64,000 bases of DNA from a virus (Duplodnaviria > Heunggongvirae > Uroviricota > Caudoviricetes): the IMG/VR virus record IMGVR_UViG_3300047323_000428, positions 21,208 through 85,207 of that record. One strand, written 5' to 3'. Positions within the stretch are counted from its first letter, which is position 1, and every line of letters starts with the position of its first letter. The notes under the pieces were generated by a model that saw only the letters and a list, made by a program, of their open reading frames with translations, had not been told where the DNA came from and did no database searches. The translations under genes and the position numbers were made by a program. Positions 23,062-31,474 of the stretch are shown in pieces.

Positions 23062-23439
23062 CTACCAAGCGGCCCCTGGCGTGACTGGCTTATCCGAGCG
23101 CGAGGCAGGCAGTGCGGGCTTGATGCCCATCGCCTTCACGGTAGCCCGCATCTCCTCGTCCGATCGCAGCAGGCTCGGGGCGACGCGCCAAGTCTTGGGC
23201 AGGCGCTTGCCGCTCACGTCCACCTCCGTGCAGTTGATGCTCTTGGTGTTGATCTTGTCGATCACCACGTTCACGAGGTGGCCGTATTTCGACACGAACA
23301 TCGCCCGCTGGCCGACACGGAACTTCGAGCCCGCCATCACCTGCTTTTGCGTCTGGCGTTGGCGCAAGATGCCGACGATCGCGTTGTTGAGCTCCATCAG
23401 CGTTTCGGTCGAGAGGACGTTGAGCTTGGCGTGATCCAT
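23062..23439 (-). CDS. Hypothetical protein (125 aa; C-terminus ...TPGAAW)
   Basis: ATG at 23437-23439 (M32 of the listed ORF). Confidence 0.45.
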   Translation of the reverse strand: MDHAKLNVLSTETLMELNNAIVGILRQRQTQKQVMAGSKFRVGQRAMFVSKYGHLVNVVIDKINTKSINCTEVDVSGKRLPKTWRVAPSLLRSDEEMRATVKAMGIKPALPASRSDKPVTPGAAW

Positions 23440-23539
23440 GATTCTTTCCTGAAAAATGAATGGTGGTTCAATCGGGGGAGCGCTCGCGCGGTGCGAACGC
23501 TCACCGGATTGGAGGGGCGCGCAGCCCCTCACACCCGAA

Positions 23540-24472
23540 TTACAGGCCGAGCACCGAGTTCACCTTCGCCAAGAGCAGCGAGTCCGGGTTCGGGATCAGC
23601 TTGCCCTTCTCCTTGATTGCGATCTTCAAGGCCGGGAACAGCATGAAAATCTGATTGCCTTGCGACGCTGCGGTGGGTCCGCTGTAAGGCTTCGCAAGGA
23701 GCGTTGCGTGCAGATTCCCCTGCTTGCCCGACGTGAGATAACCGTCCTTCGCCATCTCGACGAACGCCCGACGCATCACTTCGTTGAGGGTGCCGCCGTT
23801 CTTCAACCAACCGAACAACTGACGGGCCTTGTCGCCGACCTTGATCGCGGTGGCGTCGATCGAGGCGAGAATCTGCTCTTGGCGCGCCTTCAGCTCGGCC
23901 TCCTCCAGCTCCGCATCGGAGATTTCGAGCAGCAGGAATTCACCCGCCTTGTCACCGAGCTTGGCGACGAGCTTCTGCGACTTCGTCATCGGCGCAACCG
24001 GTGCGCTCTTGGGCTTACCCTTCGACTTGCCCTTGTCAGCCCCCGCGACCGACTCGTCGGCCGGCTTGTCGGCGTCGCTCACCGCTTCGTCGGCCGCGCC
24101 CGCTTCTGCGTAGGCGGCTTGCGTGGCTTCGACGAGTTCGGCAGCAGCAGCGACTTCTTCCAGCACCGCGTCGTCGTGCGCTTCGGCTTCGACGGCAGCT
24201 TCGTCGGCAGCGTCAGCGGCTTCGACAACCGGCTCGGCAGCTTCGGCTTCGGGTGCGACCGCCGCTTCGACTTCGACTTCGATGGCCGACTCCTCGACGA
24301 TTTCGTCGGGCTCGATCACGGCGTGGGCGGAGGCGATCGACTCTTCGACCGTTTCGACGCCCAGCTCGGCCATCAGATCGTTCAGCACGGCGTTCTCGTC
24401 AACGGTGTTGGCGGAAGCGAGTTCGACTTGGGCGGTCATGTTGATTTTCTTTGCCATGATTTCTTTCTCCAA
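23540..24472 (-). CDS. Protein with a highly acidic Ala/Glu/Val-rich N-terminal low-complexity region and a C-terminal globular domain (310 aa)
   Basis: About 150 aa composed only of A, E, V and D, followed by a Lys-rich linker and a conserved-looking C-terminal domain. Confidence 0.55.
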   Translation of the reverse strand: MEKEIMAKKINMTAQVELASANTVDENAVLNDLMAELGVETVEESIASAHAVIEPDEIVEESAIEVEVEAAVAPEAEAAEPVVEAADAADEAAVEAEAHDDAVLEEVAAAAELVEATQAAYAEAGAADEAVSDADKPADESVAGADKGKSKGKPKSAPVAPMTKSQKLVAKLGDKAGEFLLLEISDAELEEAELKARQEQILASIDATAIKVGDKARQLFGWLKNGGTLNEVMRRAFVEMAKDGYLTSGKQGNLHATLLAKPYSGPTAASQGNQIFMLFPALKIAIKEKGKLIPNPDSLLLAKVNSVLGL

Positions 24473-24907
24473 AGGTTAGTGTGTATCGCAGCAAGTGTTA
24501 GTCTGACGTGCGATTCGAGGACAGTGAACAGTCACCGCTGAGTCCCCCGAACCGCTTCGTTTCTTGCTGTATCGCGTTGTTTGCTGCGATGAGTGAATAT
24601 TAAAGACTGACTGTTGGAGTGTGGTCGGGCACCGGCGAGGAGTTGCCAGGCGGAAAACGCTGTATGAATGTGCATGCCGGCGTGCGCGAATAGCACGTGG
24701 CGCCAGGGGTGTCTGCGGGTATCGGCTAGGCCGGTGGCGGTGGACGTTGGGAGAGATGGAGAGGCCTAGGGGCTCGGCCTAGGCCACTCACCTAGGCCGT
24801 GGCGCCAGGGCGCGCGAGGAAGTGGCGAGGCGTTGGCTTGGGAGTGGCGAGGGACATGGCATGGCAGCGCCGTGGGGTAACGCCAACAGGTAAAGCGCCC
24901 GCACACC

Positions 24908-24948
24908 TTAAAAGTCCCAGTATGTGTCGGGCGCCGCTCCCGTTTCAG
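24908..24948. repeat. Iteron-like unit U5 (TTAAAAGTCCCAGTATGTGTCGGGCGCCGCTCCCGTTTCAG)
   Basis: Same core as U1-U4. It sits at the edge of a 470-bp non-coding gap that also holds three CCTAGG and one GCTAGG site, and two short direct repeats (GTGGCGCCAGGG twice, AGTGGCGAGG twice). Confidence 0.7.
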
Positions 24949-25130
24949 TCACAGGGCTTGTAGAGGCCGTTGATGGCGTTGTCGATCGCCTCGCGCCAGT
25001 CTTTGCCGTAGGCCACGCATCGACCGACTTCGGGCACGTGAAACGTGACCCAGTGCCGGTTTCGGTCGCGGTCGAATTCGGGGAAGCTGTGGAGCACGAA
25101 GTCCAGGCGCGGGGTGTCGTAGAGATTCAT
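24945..25130 (-). CDS. HicB-like (UPF0150) antitoxin-fold small protein
   Basis: HVPEVGRCVAYGKDWREAIDNAINGL resembles the HicB/UPF0150 core. The ATG at 25128-25130 overlaps the upstream stop. Confidence 0.35.
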   Translation of the reverse strand: MNLYDTPRLDFVLHSFPEFDRDRNRHWVTFHVPEVGRCVAYGKDWREAIDNAINGLYKPCD

Positions 25131-25591
25131 CACCACGCCCCGACGTCGTCGTCCACGTCAGTCGTGGGCTTATTCGGATCGGGCGGCTTGGGCGGCTCTA
25201 CCGGCGCGAGAGTGTTGCCTACCTCGTGCAGCACCTCCTCGCCCGTCTCCAGATCCACCTCCAGCTCGCTCTCGGTCCACTTGGCGATGAACGCGGTGTA
25301 GAAGTCGAGGGCATCCTTCTCGTTGGAGAAGGTCTTGCCGTCATCGACCGGGTCCGTGCGCAGCCGGCCATCGCTCGCGTAGTTGCCGACGGTCAAGATG
25401 AAAAGTGGCCACGTGTCCGAAAAGCTGCTGTCGGCGTTGGGCACGCGACCATTCCACTCGAGGATCACCCGGACCTTGCCGTTGTCGAACTGCTTGAGCG
25501 TCGTGTAGGACTCGTCCGCCTGCTTTTCCTTCCAGGCCGCGAGGCTGATCTTCTCGCCGTCGCGGTCGTAAAAACTGATCTTGGGCATCAC
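25130..25591 (-). CDS. Hypothetical protein (153 aa; C-terminus ...DDDVGAW)
   Basis: ORF coupled to its neighbours. Confidence 0.5.
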   Translation of the reverse strand: MMPKISFYDRDGEKISLAAWKEKQADESYTTLKQFDNGKVRVILEWNGRVPNADSSFSDTWPLFILTVGNYASDGRLRTDPVDDGKTFSNEKDALDFYTAFIAKWTESELEVDLETGEEVLHEVGNTLAPVEPPKPPDPNKPTTDVDDDVGAW

Positions 25592-26076
25592 TGCTCCTTC
25601 TTTTCGTAGGCGGCGAGCTTTGCCTGGAGCTCACCGATGAGTTCGTAGGCGTCCACACGCTCATACGGCATATCCAGACGCTCTTTCAGAATCCGCGCAC
25701 GATTGACCTCGTTCGCGTGATTGGCCTTCCAGTGGTCGCGCTCCTTCTCGGCCGCCTTCGCACGGTGAAGAGCCGTGTTCAGCAATTGCGCGTAGCTAGG
25801 CGGCTCGCTGACGTTGGCGGTGCCGTTGGCGATAATGCACGCCATCTCGTTCCAAATGCCGTGCTGCTTGCCCAGATCACGCAGCCGCTCAAACCGCACG
25901 GCATACCACTCCTGAGTGAATGCCATCTGCCGGCGCAGCCGAGTCGCCTCCTTCTGCAAATTCTCGATCTCATCCATCGCCGTTGCCAGCAGCCGGCGAG
26001 AGGTGGCCTCGACGCTGTTACGACCGATATGGCGCTTGATAAGCTGCCGCAAGGCTGCCTGCTCATGCTCGTTCAT
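25588..26076 (-). CDS. Hypothetical protein (162 aa)
   Basis: Clean ATG ORF. Confidence 0.5.
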   Translation of the reverse strand: MNEHEQAALRQLIKRHIGRNSVEATSRRLLATAMDEIENLQKEATRLRRQMAFTQEWYAVRFERLRDLGKQHGIWNEMACIIANGTANVSEPPSYAQLLNTALHRAKAAEKERDHWKANHANEVNRARILKERLDMPYERVDAYELIGELQAKLAAYEKKEQ

Positions 26077-26381
26077 GCCTGCTCCTTAAATCCGGTTGGA
26101 TATCGCTTCGCCAACCACTCGTTGTATTCCTGATTCTCTTTCCAGCCGAGCCACCCTTGCCGATAGCCGCGCTCCTGACACCAATCCCTGAGCGTGTGCG
26201 CATTCCAGGCGATGAAGCCCGCCATCGGCGCGCCTCGATGCTTCTTTCTGTCGCGTGCCATCATTTCAGCCGGACTCTTCGCGCCATGTGCGATGCAGTA
26301 GGCGACGTAGCGTGGCTGTTGATGGCGCCAGGGATTGACGCCGTTGGTGCCGATCTTCATCGGGCGCTCCAACACCTTCAC
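26073..26381 (-). CDS. Hypothetical protein (102 aa, GTG start)
   Basis: ORF overlapping both neighbours. Confidence 0.4.
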   Translation of the reverse strand: MKVLERPMKIGTNGVNPWRHQQPRYVAYCIAHGAKSPAEMMARDRKKHRGAPMAGFIAWNAHTLRDWCQERGYRQGWLGWKENQEYNEWLAKRYPTGFKEQA

Positions 26382-26626
26382 GCCTTGATCTCTGCGGGGC
26401 GCGTGCGCTCGATCACGGCCACACGCAGCGTTTGGCGGTAGTAGCCAAGCGGGAGCTTGCCGATCAGCTCCTCGACCGCGGGGATTGGGGCCGTCTGGGC
26501 GGCCGCGAGCACCGGGTCCATGATCGTGTCCATCTGCGCGTAGAGCGCGGGCTGGACGGCTGCTGATACCTTCAGCGTCTCGGCGGTGAGGTTGTGCAGG
26601 CGCTTAAGCTGCGAGGCGTTCAACAT
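26378..26626 (-). CDS. Hypothetical protein (82 aa)
   Basis: ATG ORF. Confidence 0.45.
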   Translation of the reverse strand: MLNASQLKRLHNLTAETLKVSAAVQPALYAQMDTIMDPVLAAAQTAPIPAVEELIGKLPLGYYRQTLRVAVIERTRPAEIKA

Positions 26627-26840
26627 CGACGATCTCCTTCATCAAGCGCACCGCCTCATCGAACGACGGCGCATCGGTTTTGTGGGGGCCGAGCACGACT
26701 TCGAACGTGCGGCCCTTGCAGGCGTAGCGGATTTGGCGCTCTTCCACCATGTCGGCGAACCAGCGCCAGAGGTCGGCGTCGGCCTTGTTGGCGTTCGCGC
26801 GGGCGTTGAGGCGAATGTTGTCGAAGTGGGCGGCGGTCAC
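26604..26840 (-). CDS. Hypothetical protein (about 78 aa)
   Basis: GTG at 26838-26840 overlapping the upstream stop (GTGA). The Arg-rich N-terminus of the listed ORF is rejected. Confidence 0.4.
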   Translation of the reverse strand: MTAAHFDNIRLNARANANKADADLWRWFADMVEERQIRYACKGRTFEVVLGPHKTDAPSFDEAVRLMKEIVDVERLAA

Positions 26841-27103
26841 CAGATCACCTCCGCGGTTTCGACGGCATCGGCCTCGACGTAGACCTTGCGGTCGGTGGCT
26901 TGAAAGTGTTCGGACGGACCGGCTGACGGGCTCATGCAAGTCACCTTCTCCCAGACCTGAAGAATCACGACCAGGCCGTCGACTTTGACCACCGCCCCGT
27001 GAATCTCCTGACCGGAGCGCGTGACGATGTGAATCGTGTAGGGATTGCCCTCGTCCCGTGAGCCGTGCTCGGCGTCCGCAATGGCGTAACGAAGCGCGCT
27101 CAT
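26837..27103 (-). CDS. Hypothetical protein (88 aa; C-terminus ...AEVIW)
   Basis: ATG at 27101-27103 (M9 of the listed ORF), coupled (ATGA) to the upstream gene. Confidence 0.45.
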   Translation of the reverse strand: MSALRYAIADAEHGSRDEGNPYTIHIVTRSGQEIHGAVVKVDGLVVILQVWEKVTCMSPSAGPSEHFQATDRKVYVEADAVETAEVIW

Positions 27104-27564
27104 TGGCCGCTCACCGGGAAGTGCCACGCGCCGGTGTGAGCGGTGGCGGGGTTGGGGTAGTTGGGCTTCTCATCCAGGTAGCGGAGTAGGCGCACCTCGA
27201 AGGCGGGAAGTGCGTCGTCTTCGGCGTAGCTGTCAAAATTCGCCTGCAGCCAGCAGGAATCCCACGACGTCATGGCCGTCATCGCCTCGATGTTGCGCGC
27301 GCCGAACCAAGTCGCAAGGCGAGAAAGCCCCTTGCCGTTCATTCCCTCATCGAGGATTTCAGCCAACTGTTCCCGCGTCAGCAGCGCGCCGATGGCGCAC
27401 ATGCAGGTGTCGCCTGCGAGGTTGACTTGCTTGACATAGCGGCGCGCGGCTTTTGCCGTGACCTGCCCTTCCTTGATGGCGACGAGGAGCTTTTTGATGG
27501 CGTCATTGCGCGTCGCCGGCACGATGTGGCCGTTGATGTTGATGACGTTGTAGGCGCGCGGCAT
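27100..27564 (-). CDS. Hypothetical protein (154 aa)
   Basis: Clean ATG. Confidence 0.5.
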   Translation of the reverse strand: MPRAYNVININGHIVPATRNDAIKKLLVAIKEGQVTAKAARRYVKQVNLAGDTCMCAIGALLTREQLAEILDEGMNGKGLSRLATWFGARNIEAMTAMTSWDSCWLQANFDSYAEDDALPAFEVRLLRYLDEKPNYPNPATAHTGAWHFPVSGQ

Positions 27565-27595
27565 TTTTCTTCTCTCCGTGTTGTGTGTTGCGAAT

Positions 27596-27613
27596 GAGTC
27601 AATTTTGACTGTT
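27596..27613 (-). promoter_or_regulatory. PDM copy (GAGTCAATTTTGACTGTT)
   Basis: 32 nt upstream of the 27564 start. Confidence 0.8.
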
Positions 27614-27638
27614 TATCGCAGGGAACGTGTTGGGCGTT

Positions 27639-28283
27639 TCAGTGGAGTGCAGCGTGCGCTCGGGCGGCGCGGTCGTATCGGATGGCGGTCAGCGTGTCGC
27701 GCGTGGCGATGTCGGCAAGCGGGTCGGAAATCACCAGCGCGCCATCGGCGGGCCGCACCATCAGGTTCTTGGAGTGCAGATCCAGCCCCCAGCCGTCCTC
27801 GACGTTGCTGGCGAACTTGTGCAGATCGGCAAATGCCTCTTGTAGCGACTCGGGCAGCGCCTCATCCATCGACAGTTCTTGAAGGGCGAGCGTGAGCCCT
27901 TCGCGCCGCTTGTGAAAGCGCAGGTGCGTATTGGCATGGGTCGTCGCCTGCGTGCAGATACGGCGGGCCAGGGCGCGGTTCTCGCCACCCTTCGGCAGCG
28001 GCTCCAGCTTTTCGCACTCGAAGAGGTAGACGGCGTGACCGTCCACCTCGCCCACGTCGCCGTAGTTGTAGGAAACCTCAGTGAAGTGTCGGCCCTGGCA
28101 GCCGATCACCTGATCGGTGCCAAGCATGTAGGCGTATTGGTCGAGCGTGAGCTTCAAAACCGTGTCGCCATTGTCGAATACGGCGGAAAACGCTCCGCGC
28201 GCCATGATCTTCTTGCCGGCGATCGCCGGGTGCATCCTCGCCTTCTTGATTCCTGCGTCGCTCGTGCGCAAAGCCTTCCACAT
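27639..28283 (-). CDS. Protein-kinase-like fold protein (putative Ser/Thr kinase)
   Basis: Gly-rich loop-like segment ARGAFSAVFD, a VLKL segment (VAIK-like), a catalytic-loop-like segment GLDLHSKNLMV (D...N), and ISDP (DFG-like). ATG at 28281-28283 with a GGAGGTG ribosome-binding site (M5 of the listed ORF). Confidence 0.4.
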   Translation of the reverse strand: MWKALRTSDAGIKKARMHPAIAGKKIMARGAFSAVFDNGDTVLKLTLDQYAYMLGTDQVIGCQGRHFTEVSYNYGDVGEVDGHAVYLFECEKLEPLPKGGENRALARRICTQATTHANTHLRFHKRREGLTLALQELSMDEALPESLQEAFADLHKFASNVEDGWGLDLHSKNLMVRPADGALVISDPLADIATRDTLTAIRYDRAARAHAALH

Positions 28284-28310
28284 AAACACCTCCAAAACGT
28301 CTTCTTTCGA

Positions 28311-28361
28311 TAGTCAATTGTGACAAACGAAGCGTGGATGATAAAGTCAGTTTTGACTGTT
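28311..28361 (-). promoter_or_regulatory. Tandem PDM pair: a degenerate copy TAGTCAATTGTGACAAAC (28311-28328) and a consensus-like copy AAGTCAGTTTTGACTGTT (28344-28361)
   Basis: Both lie upstream of the 28283 start. Confidence 0.7.
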
Positions 28362-28498
28362 ATGCAAGGGTTGTTTTGTTGCGTTTTAGCGACCGTCTGA
28401 GCGCGCCATTCGTGTTTCTTGAGCGCTGACACACCGCACGCGCAGTGGTCGTCTCTGATAGCTTGGTATCAAGCTACCAAGATAGCAACGTAGCAGCG

Positions 28499-28525
28499 AA
28501 AAAGCAGCGCATAGCGCTGCCTTTT
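28499..28525 (-). terminator. Rho-independent terminator (GCAGCGC-ata-GCGCTGC flanked by A5 and T4 runs; bidirectional)
   Basis: Perfect 7-bp stem located immediately 3' of gene 28525-28740. Confidence 0.7.
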
Positions 28526-28740
28526 CAGTTTGAGGATTGAGGGAGACAGAGCGCGTGAACGCGCGGCCTGGGGCTGTTTGGCGGGCTGCTGGCGTATATC
28601 TGGTGACGCGCGGCATCTGCCGCTTCAGCGCAGGAACGGAAGTCCGCGAACTGGGCGGTTGCGACTTGCGCACCCACCTGGTCCTGTCCGCGCGCCGGCA
28701 GCAGAAACGTGATGGAGATGAGCAGGACGTAGCCGTTCAT
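28525..28740 (-). CDS. Small protein with an N-terminal signal-peptide-like segment (71 aa)
   Basis: MNGYVLLISITFLLPARG hydrophobic N-terminus and high GC at third codon positions. The support is weak. Confidence 0.3.
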   Translation of the reverse strand: MNGYVLLISITFLLPARGQDQVGAQVATAQFADFRSCAEAADAARHQIYASSPPNSPRPRVHALCLPQSSN

Positions 28741-29072
28741 GCGCCCTTCCCCAATGCCTTTTGCACCTGCGCGACTAGCTTTTCCGCTTCGGATGACAGA
28801 CAGCCAAGCTCGCTGCGTCGCAGGGCGAAAAAGTCATCGACTTCCTTCAAGGCCTTCGCCAACCCCGTGACGTAGTTGCCGTAGCCATCGGTCACGTGCT
28901 GGCACTCGGGGTTCGTGCAAATGAAATCGGCCGTCTCCCACAGCACGCCCTTGAGCTCCACGTCCTTGCGTCGGTAGGCGGCTTTGGGGAGGTTCCGAAA
29001 GAGATCGCCTGGCGCCGTGATGACCGTCTGCACCATCATGCGCGTGTCGGAGCCGCACTTGAGGCACTTCAT
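28737..29072 (-). CDS. Zinc-ribbon protein (CxxC...CxxC, 111 aa)
   Basis: MKCLKCG...CTNPEC. Confidence 0.5.
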   Translation of the reverse strand: MKCLKCGSDTRMMVQTVITAPGDLFRNLPKAAYRRKDVELKGVLWETADFICTNPECQHVTDGYGNYVTGLAKALKEVDDFFALRRSELGCLSSEAEKLVAQVQKALGKGA

Positions 29073-29434
29073 GTGCTCTCCGTTGGCTTCTTGCCGAGCA
29101 CAGCCAACACGTCCTTGAGCGCGTCGTTGTATCCGAGCTTGCGCGCCAATGTCGGATTGTTGGCCGGGTTGCCGAGAAAGTCGCCGGGGATCTTCTTGGA
29201 CATGCCCTTGATTTCTGAGAGCCCTGCCTCGACGCGCGAGCGGTGGAAGCCCTCCGCGTAGTCGCGCATCTGATCCATCGTGTAGAGGGCGTCGCTCGGC
29301 GTGGCGAAGCTCCGCAGGTCATCGACCGTAAGCGTCACTACAGTGCCAGGTCCGTCCTGCACCGTGGCAACCGTCTTGCCGACGCCGTTCATCTCCCAGG
29401 CGTCGAGGAAGTATTTGATCTTGTTCATAGCCAA
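29069..29434 (-). CDS. Hypothetical protein (121 aa)
   Basis: ATG ORF coupled to its neighbours. Confidence 0.5.
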   Translation of the reverse strand: MAMNKIKYFLDAWEMNGVGKTVATVQDGPGTVVTLTVDDLRSFATPSDALYTMDQMRDYAEGFHRSRVEAGLSEIKGMSKKIPGDFLGNPANNPTLARKLGYNDALKDVLAVLGKKPTEST

Positions 29435-29790
29435 TACACCTTGCCTTCGGCCACAAACTCCTTGTAGGCGCGGATCGTTTCCTTGAAGGTGTAGCCGCCG
29501 GTCTGATGCTCGCGCGAGAGCATGGCCTGGTCGACATTCAGCAGATCGCGGCCATATGCCGCCTCGAACTCGCGTTGCGTCGGCGTGCGAGCTGGCAAAC
29601 CCTGGCGCCAGGCCTGCGGATCATCGTGCGGGCATTCCTTCGTGGTCGCTTCGAGCTTGCGCTGCTCCAGATAGCCTGCCGCGAGCAGATCGTCGGCCGC
29701 CGCATAAACGTAGTCCTTGAGGTCGGTCTGCCCTTCCTTCACGGTGAAGCCATTCTTCAGGAAGATGGCGCGAATTTGCTCTTTGTTCAT
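29425..29790 (-). CDS. Hypothetical protein (121 aa; C-terminus ...GKVYWL)
   Basis: ATG at 29788-29790 (M128 of the listed ORF). The listed Arg/Ser-rich N-terminus is an out-of-frame overlap. Confidence 0.45.
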   Translation of the reverse strand: MNKEQIRAIFLKNGFTVKEGQTDLKDYVYAAADDLLAAGYLEQRKLEATTKECPHDDPQAWRQGLPARTPTQREFEAAYGRDLLNVDQAMLSREHQTGGYTFKETIRAYKEFVAEGKVYWL

Positions 29791-29791
29791 T

Positions 29792-30202
29792 TCACTGTTC
29801 CTCGAATCGTTGCCAGTTGGTGATTGCCACTTCCTTGAAGCCCTTCTCGGCGAGCACCAAGTCCCTGATGAACTCCAGGTCGGCCGTGCCGCGGATCGGC
29901 TTCTTGAGATCCACTTCGACCCAGCCGTTGCCGAACGAGCCGTCGCGCCCCGAGTAGCTGTAGGAGACGAAGTAACGGCGCGTCTTGGGCTCGCTCCCGC
30001 CGGCCGGACCAGGCAGAGCGGCGTCCGGCAGCGTGCGCTTGAAAAAGTCCACCGACTCCTGCGTCTTTTGCAGGTCGGTTGCGTCCTTGAACGCCTCATA
30101 GGCGAAGGTTCGCTCGTAATCGGTGCCGCCTGCGCGCAGGTATTGACCCTTCTGTTCCCACCAACGGTCAAAGGCGGGAATGTCAGTCTTGACCCAACTC
30201 AT
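29792..30202 (-). CDS. Hypothetical protein (136 aa)
   Basis: ATG at 30200-30202 (M44 of the listed ORF), coupled (ATGA) with the upstream gene. Confidence 0.45.
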   Translation of the reverse strand: MSWVKTDIPAFDRWWEQKGQYLRAGGTDYERTFAYEAFKDATDLQKTQESVDFFKRTLPDAALPGPAGGSEPKTRRYFVSYSYSGRDGSFGNGWVEVDLKKPIRGTADLEFIRDLVLAEKGFKEVAITNWQRFEEQ

Positions 30203-30417
30203 GCCTGCACCTCGCCTTTCACGAACACGCCCATGTCTTCCACGCGCGCATCGGTCCAATAAACCCGGTTCACGTCGGTGCCGTGAATGTCGCCGGGGTC
30301 CGGGCTGTAATGGGTGCCCCACTCGTGCCACTCGACTTGCAGCACGAGCACGGGCGATCGGAACAGCCTGCGTTGCGCACGGAACCGCGTGCGCCCGGTG
30401 AGCCTGATATTGGTCAT
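30199..30417 (-). CDS. Hypothetical protein (72 aa)
   Basis: ATG ORF overlapping the exonuclease stop. Confidence 0.4.
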   Translation of the reverse strand: MTNIRLTGRTRFRAQRRLFRSPVLVLQVEWHEWGTHYSPDPGDIHGTDVNRVYWTDARVEDMGVFVKGEVQA

Positions 30418-30986
30418 GCCGCCACCTTCAGCTTCTCAGTGAAGTCGGCCGGCAGCACCCACGTGCCGCGCTTCACGCCTTCGAAGAACGCGGCCATCAT
30501 GCGCTCCACGTCGTATTCCGCTGCGTGGGCAGCAGCAGCGTCGAATGGCACGTTCAGGGCGAAGCACAGTTCTTCCAGACGCGGTAGCTTTCCGTCCGGG
30601 CAGGCCCAGCGCGATTCCGAGCACGTGTCCCAGCCATCGACGTCGGGCAGCGTCATGCCGCACGCCTTGAACTCCTCGTAGAGAAAGCTCAGGTCGAAGA
30701 AGATGTTGTGGGCGATTACGAGGTCGCTCTTGGCAAAGCGGTCACGCACCTCGCCTGCGATATCGGCGAACTTCGGGCAGCCCACGAGGTCGCTGTAGGC
30801 GATGCCGTGAACTTCCTGCGCCTTCGCGGTAATCGGCCGCTCGGGATCCATGCGCTGGACGTATTTGTCGACCAGCTTGCGCGTGTGGAAGTCATACGTG
30901 AGCAAGGCGACTTCGATGATCTTGTCGCCCTTCTCGGCGTCGAGGCCGGTGGTTTCGGTGTCGAAACCGGTGACGAGGAGACTCAT
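30414..30986 (-). CDS. DnaQ-like DEDDh 3'-5' exonuclease
   Basis: Exo I GFDTETTG, Exo II AHNIFFDLSFL and Exo III HAAEYDVERM. Confidence 0.8.
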   Translation of the reverse strand: MSLLVTGFDTETTGLDAEKGDKIIEVALLTYDFHTRKLVDKYVQRMDPERPITAKAQEVHGIAYSDLVGCPKFADIAGEVRDRFAKSDLVIAHNIFFDLSFLYEEFKACGMTLPDVDGWDTCSESRWACPDGKLPRLEELCFALNVPFDAAAAHAAEYDVERMMAAFFEGVKRGTWVLPADFTEKLKVAA

Positions 30987-31372
30987 GCCGGCACCGCTCC
31001 CTTCGCCTTCAGTTCGGCTTCGAGGCGCTTGACGTAATCCTTCACGTCGCCCGGCACGAACTCAGGCTTCTTGCCGTAGTTGATGAGGTAATGGGCTTCA
31101 GGCAGCTCGCCGAGATTGACGAGATCCTGCAACCACAGCTCGGCCGTCATGAACGGGGTGATCGCCTTGAGCTCCTCGTTGAATGCGGCACGCACGCTCG
31201 GCTCGAATGCCTTCTTTTCGACGCGGCCCATATCCACGAGCATTTCAGCGCGCGGCAGTTGACGTTGAATGTAGGCTTCGGTCCGGTAGGCCGCCTTCAC
31301 GAGTGCTGCCAGGTCGTCGAATTGCACCACCAGGGCGCGCACTTCTTTGGTTTCGATCAGCAACGTTGCCAT
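30983..31372 (-). CDS. Hypothetical protein (129 aa)
   Basis: ATG ORF. Confidence 0.5.
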   Translation of the reverse strand: MATLLIETKEVRALVVQFDDLAALVKAAYRTEAYIQRQLPRAEMLVDMGRVEKKAFEPSVRAAFNEELKAITPFMTAELWLQDLVNLGELPEAHYLINYGKKPEFVPGDVKDYVKRLEAELKAKGAVPA

Positions 31373-31417
31373 CGATCTCTCCTCTAACGAATTGTTGAAC
31401 GCTTATTCTAGCGTCAG

Positions 31418-31435
31418 ACAGTCAGTTTTGACTGT
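31418..31435 (-). promoter_or_regulatory. PDM copy (CAGTCAGTTTTGACTGTT)
   Basis: 45 nt upstream of the 31372 start. Confidence 0.8.
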
Positions 31436-31474
31436 TGACGCTATGATAAGCACTCAGCTTAGGGGTTGCAACGA

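Noticed and set aside
29425-30171. 248-aa ORF 29425-30171
   Set aside because: Its N-terminal half (Arg/Ser/Thr-rich) overlaps 29792-30202 out of frame. The gene starts at the internal ATG at 29790.
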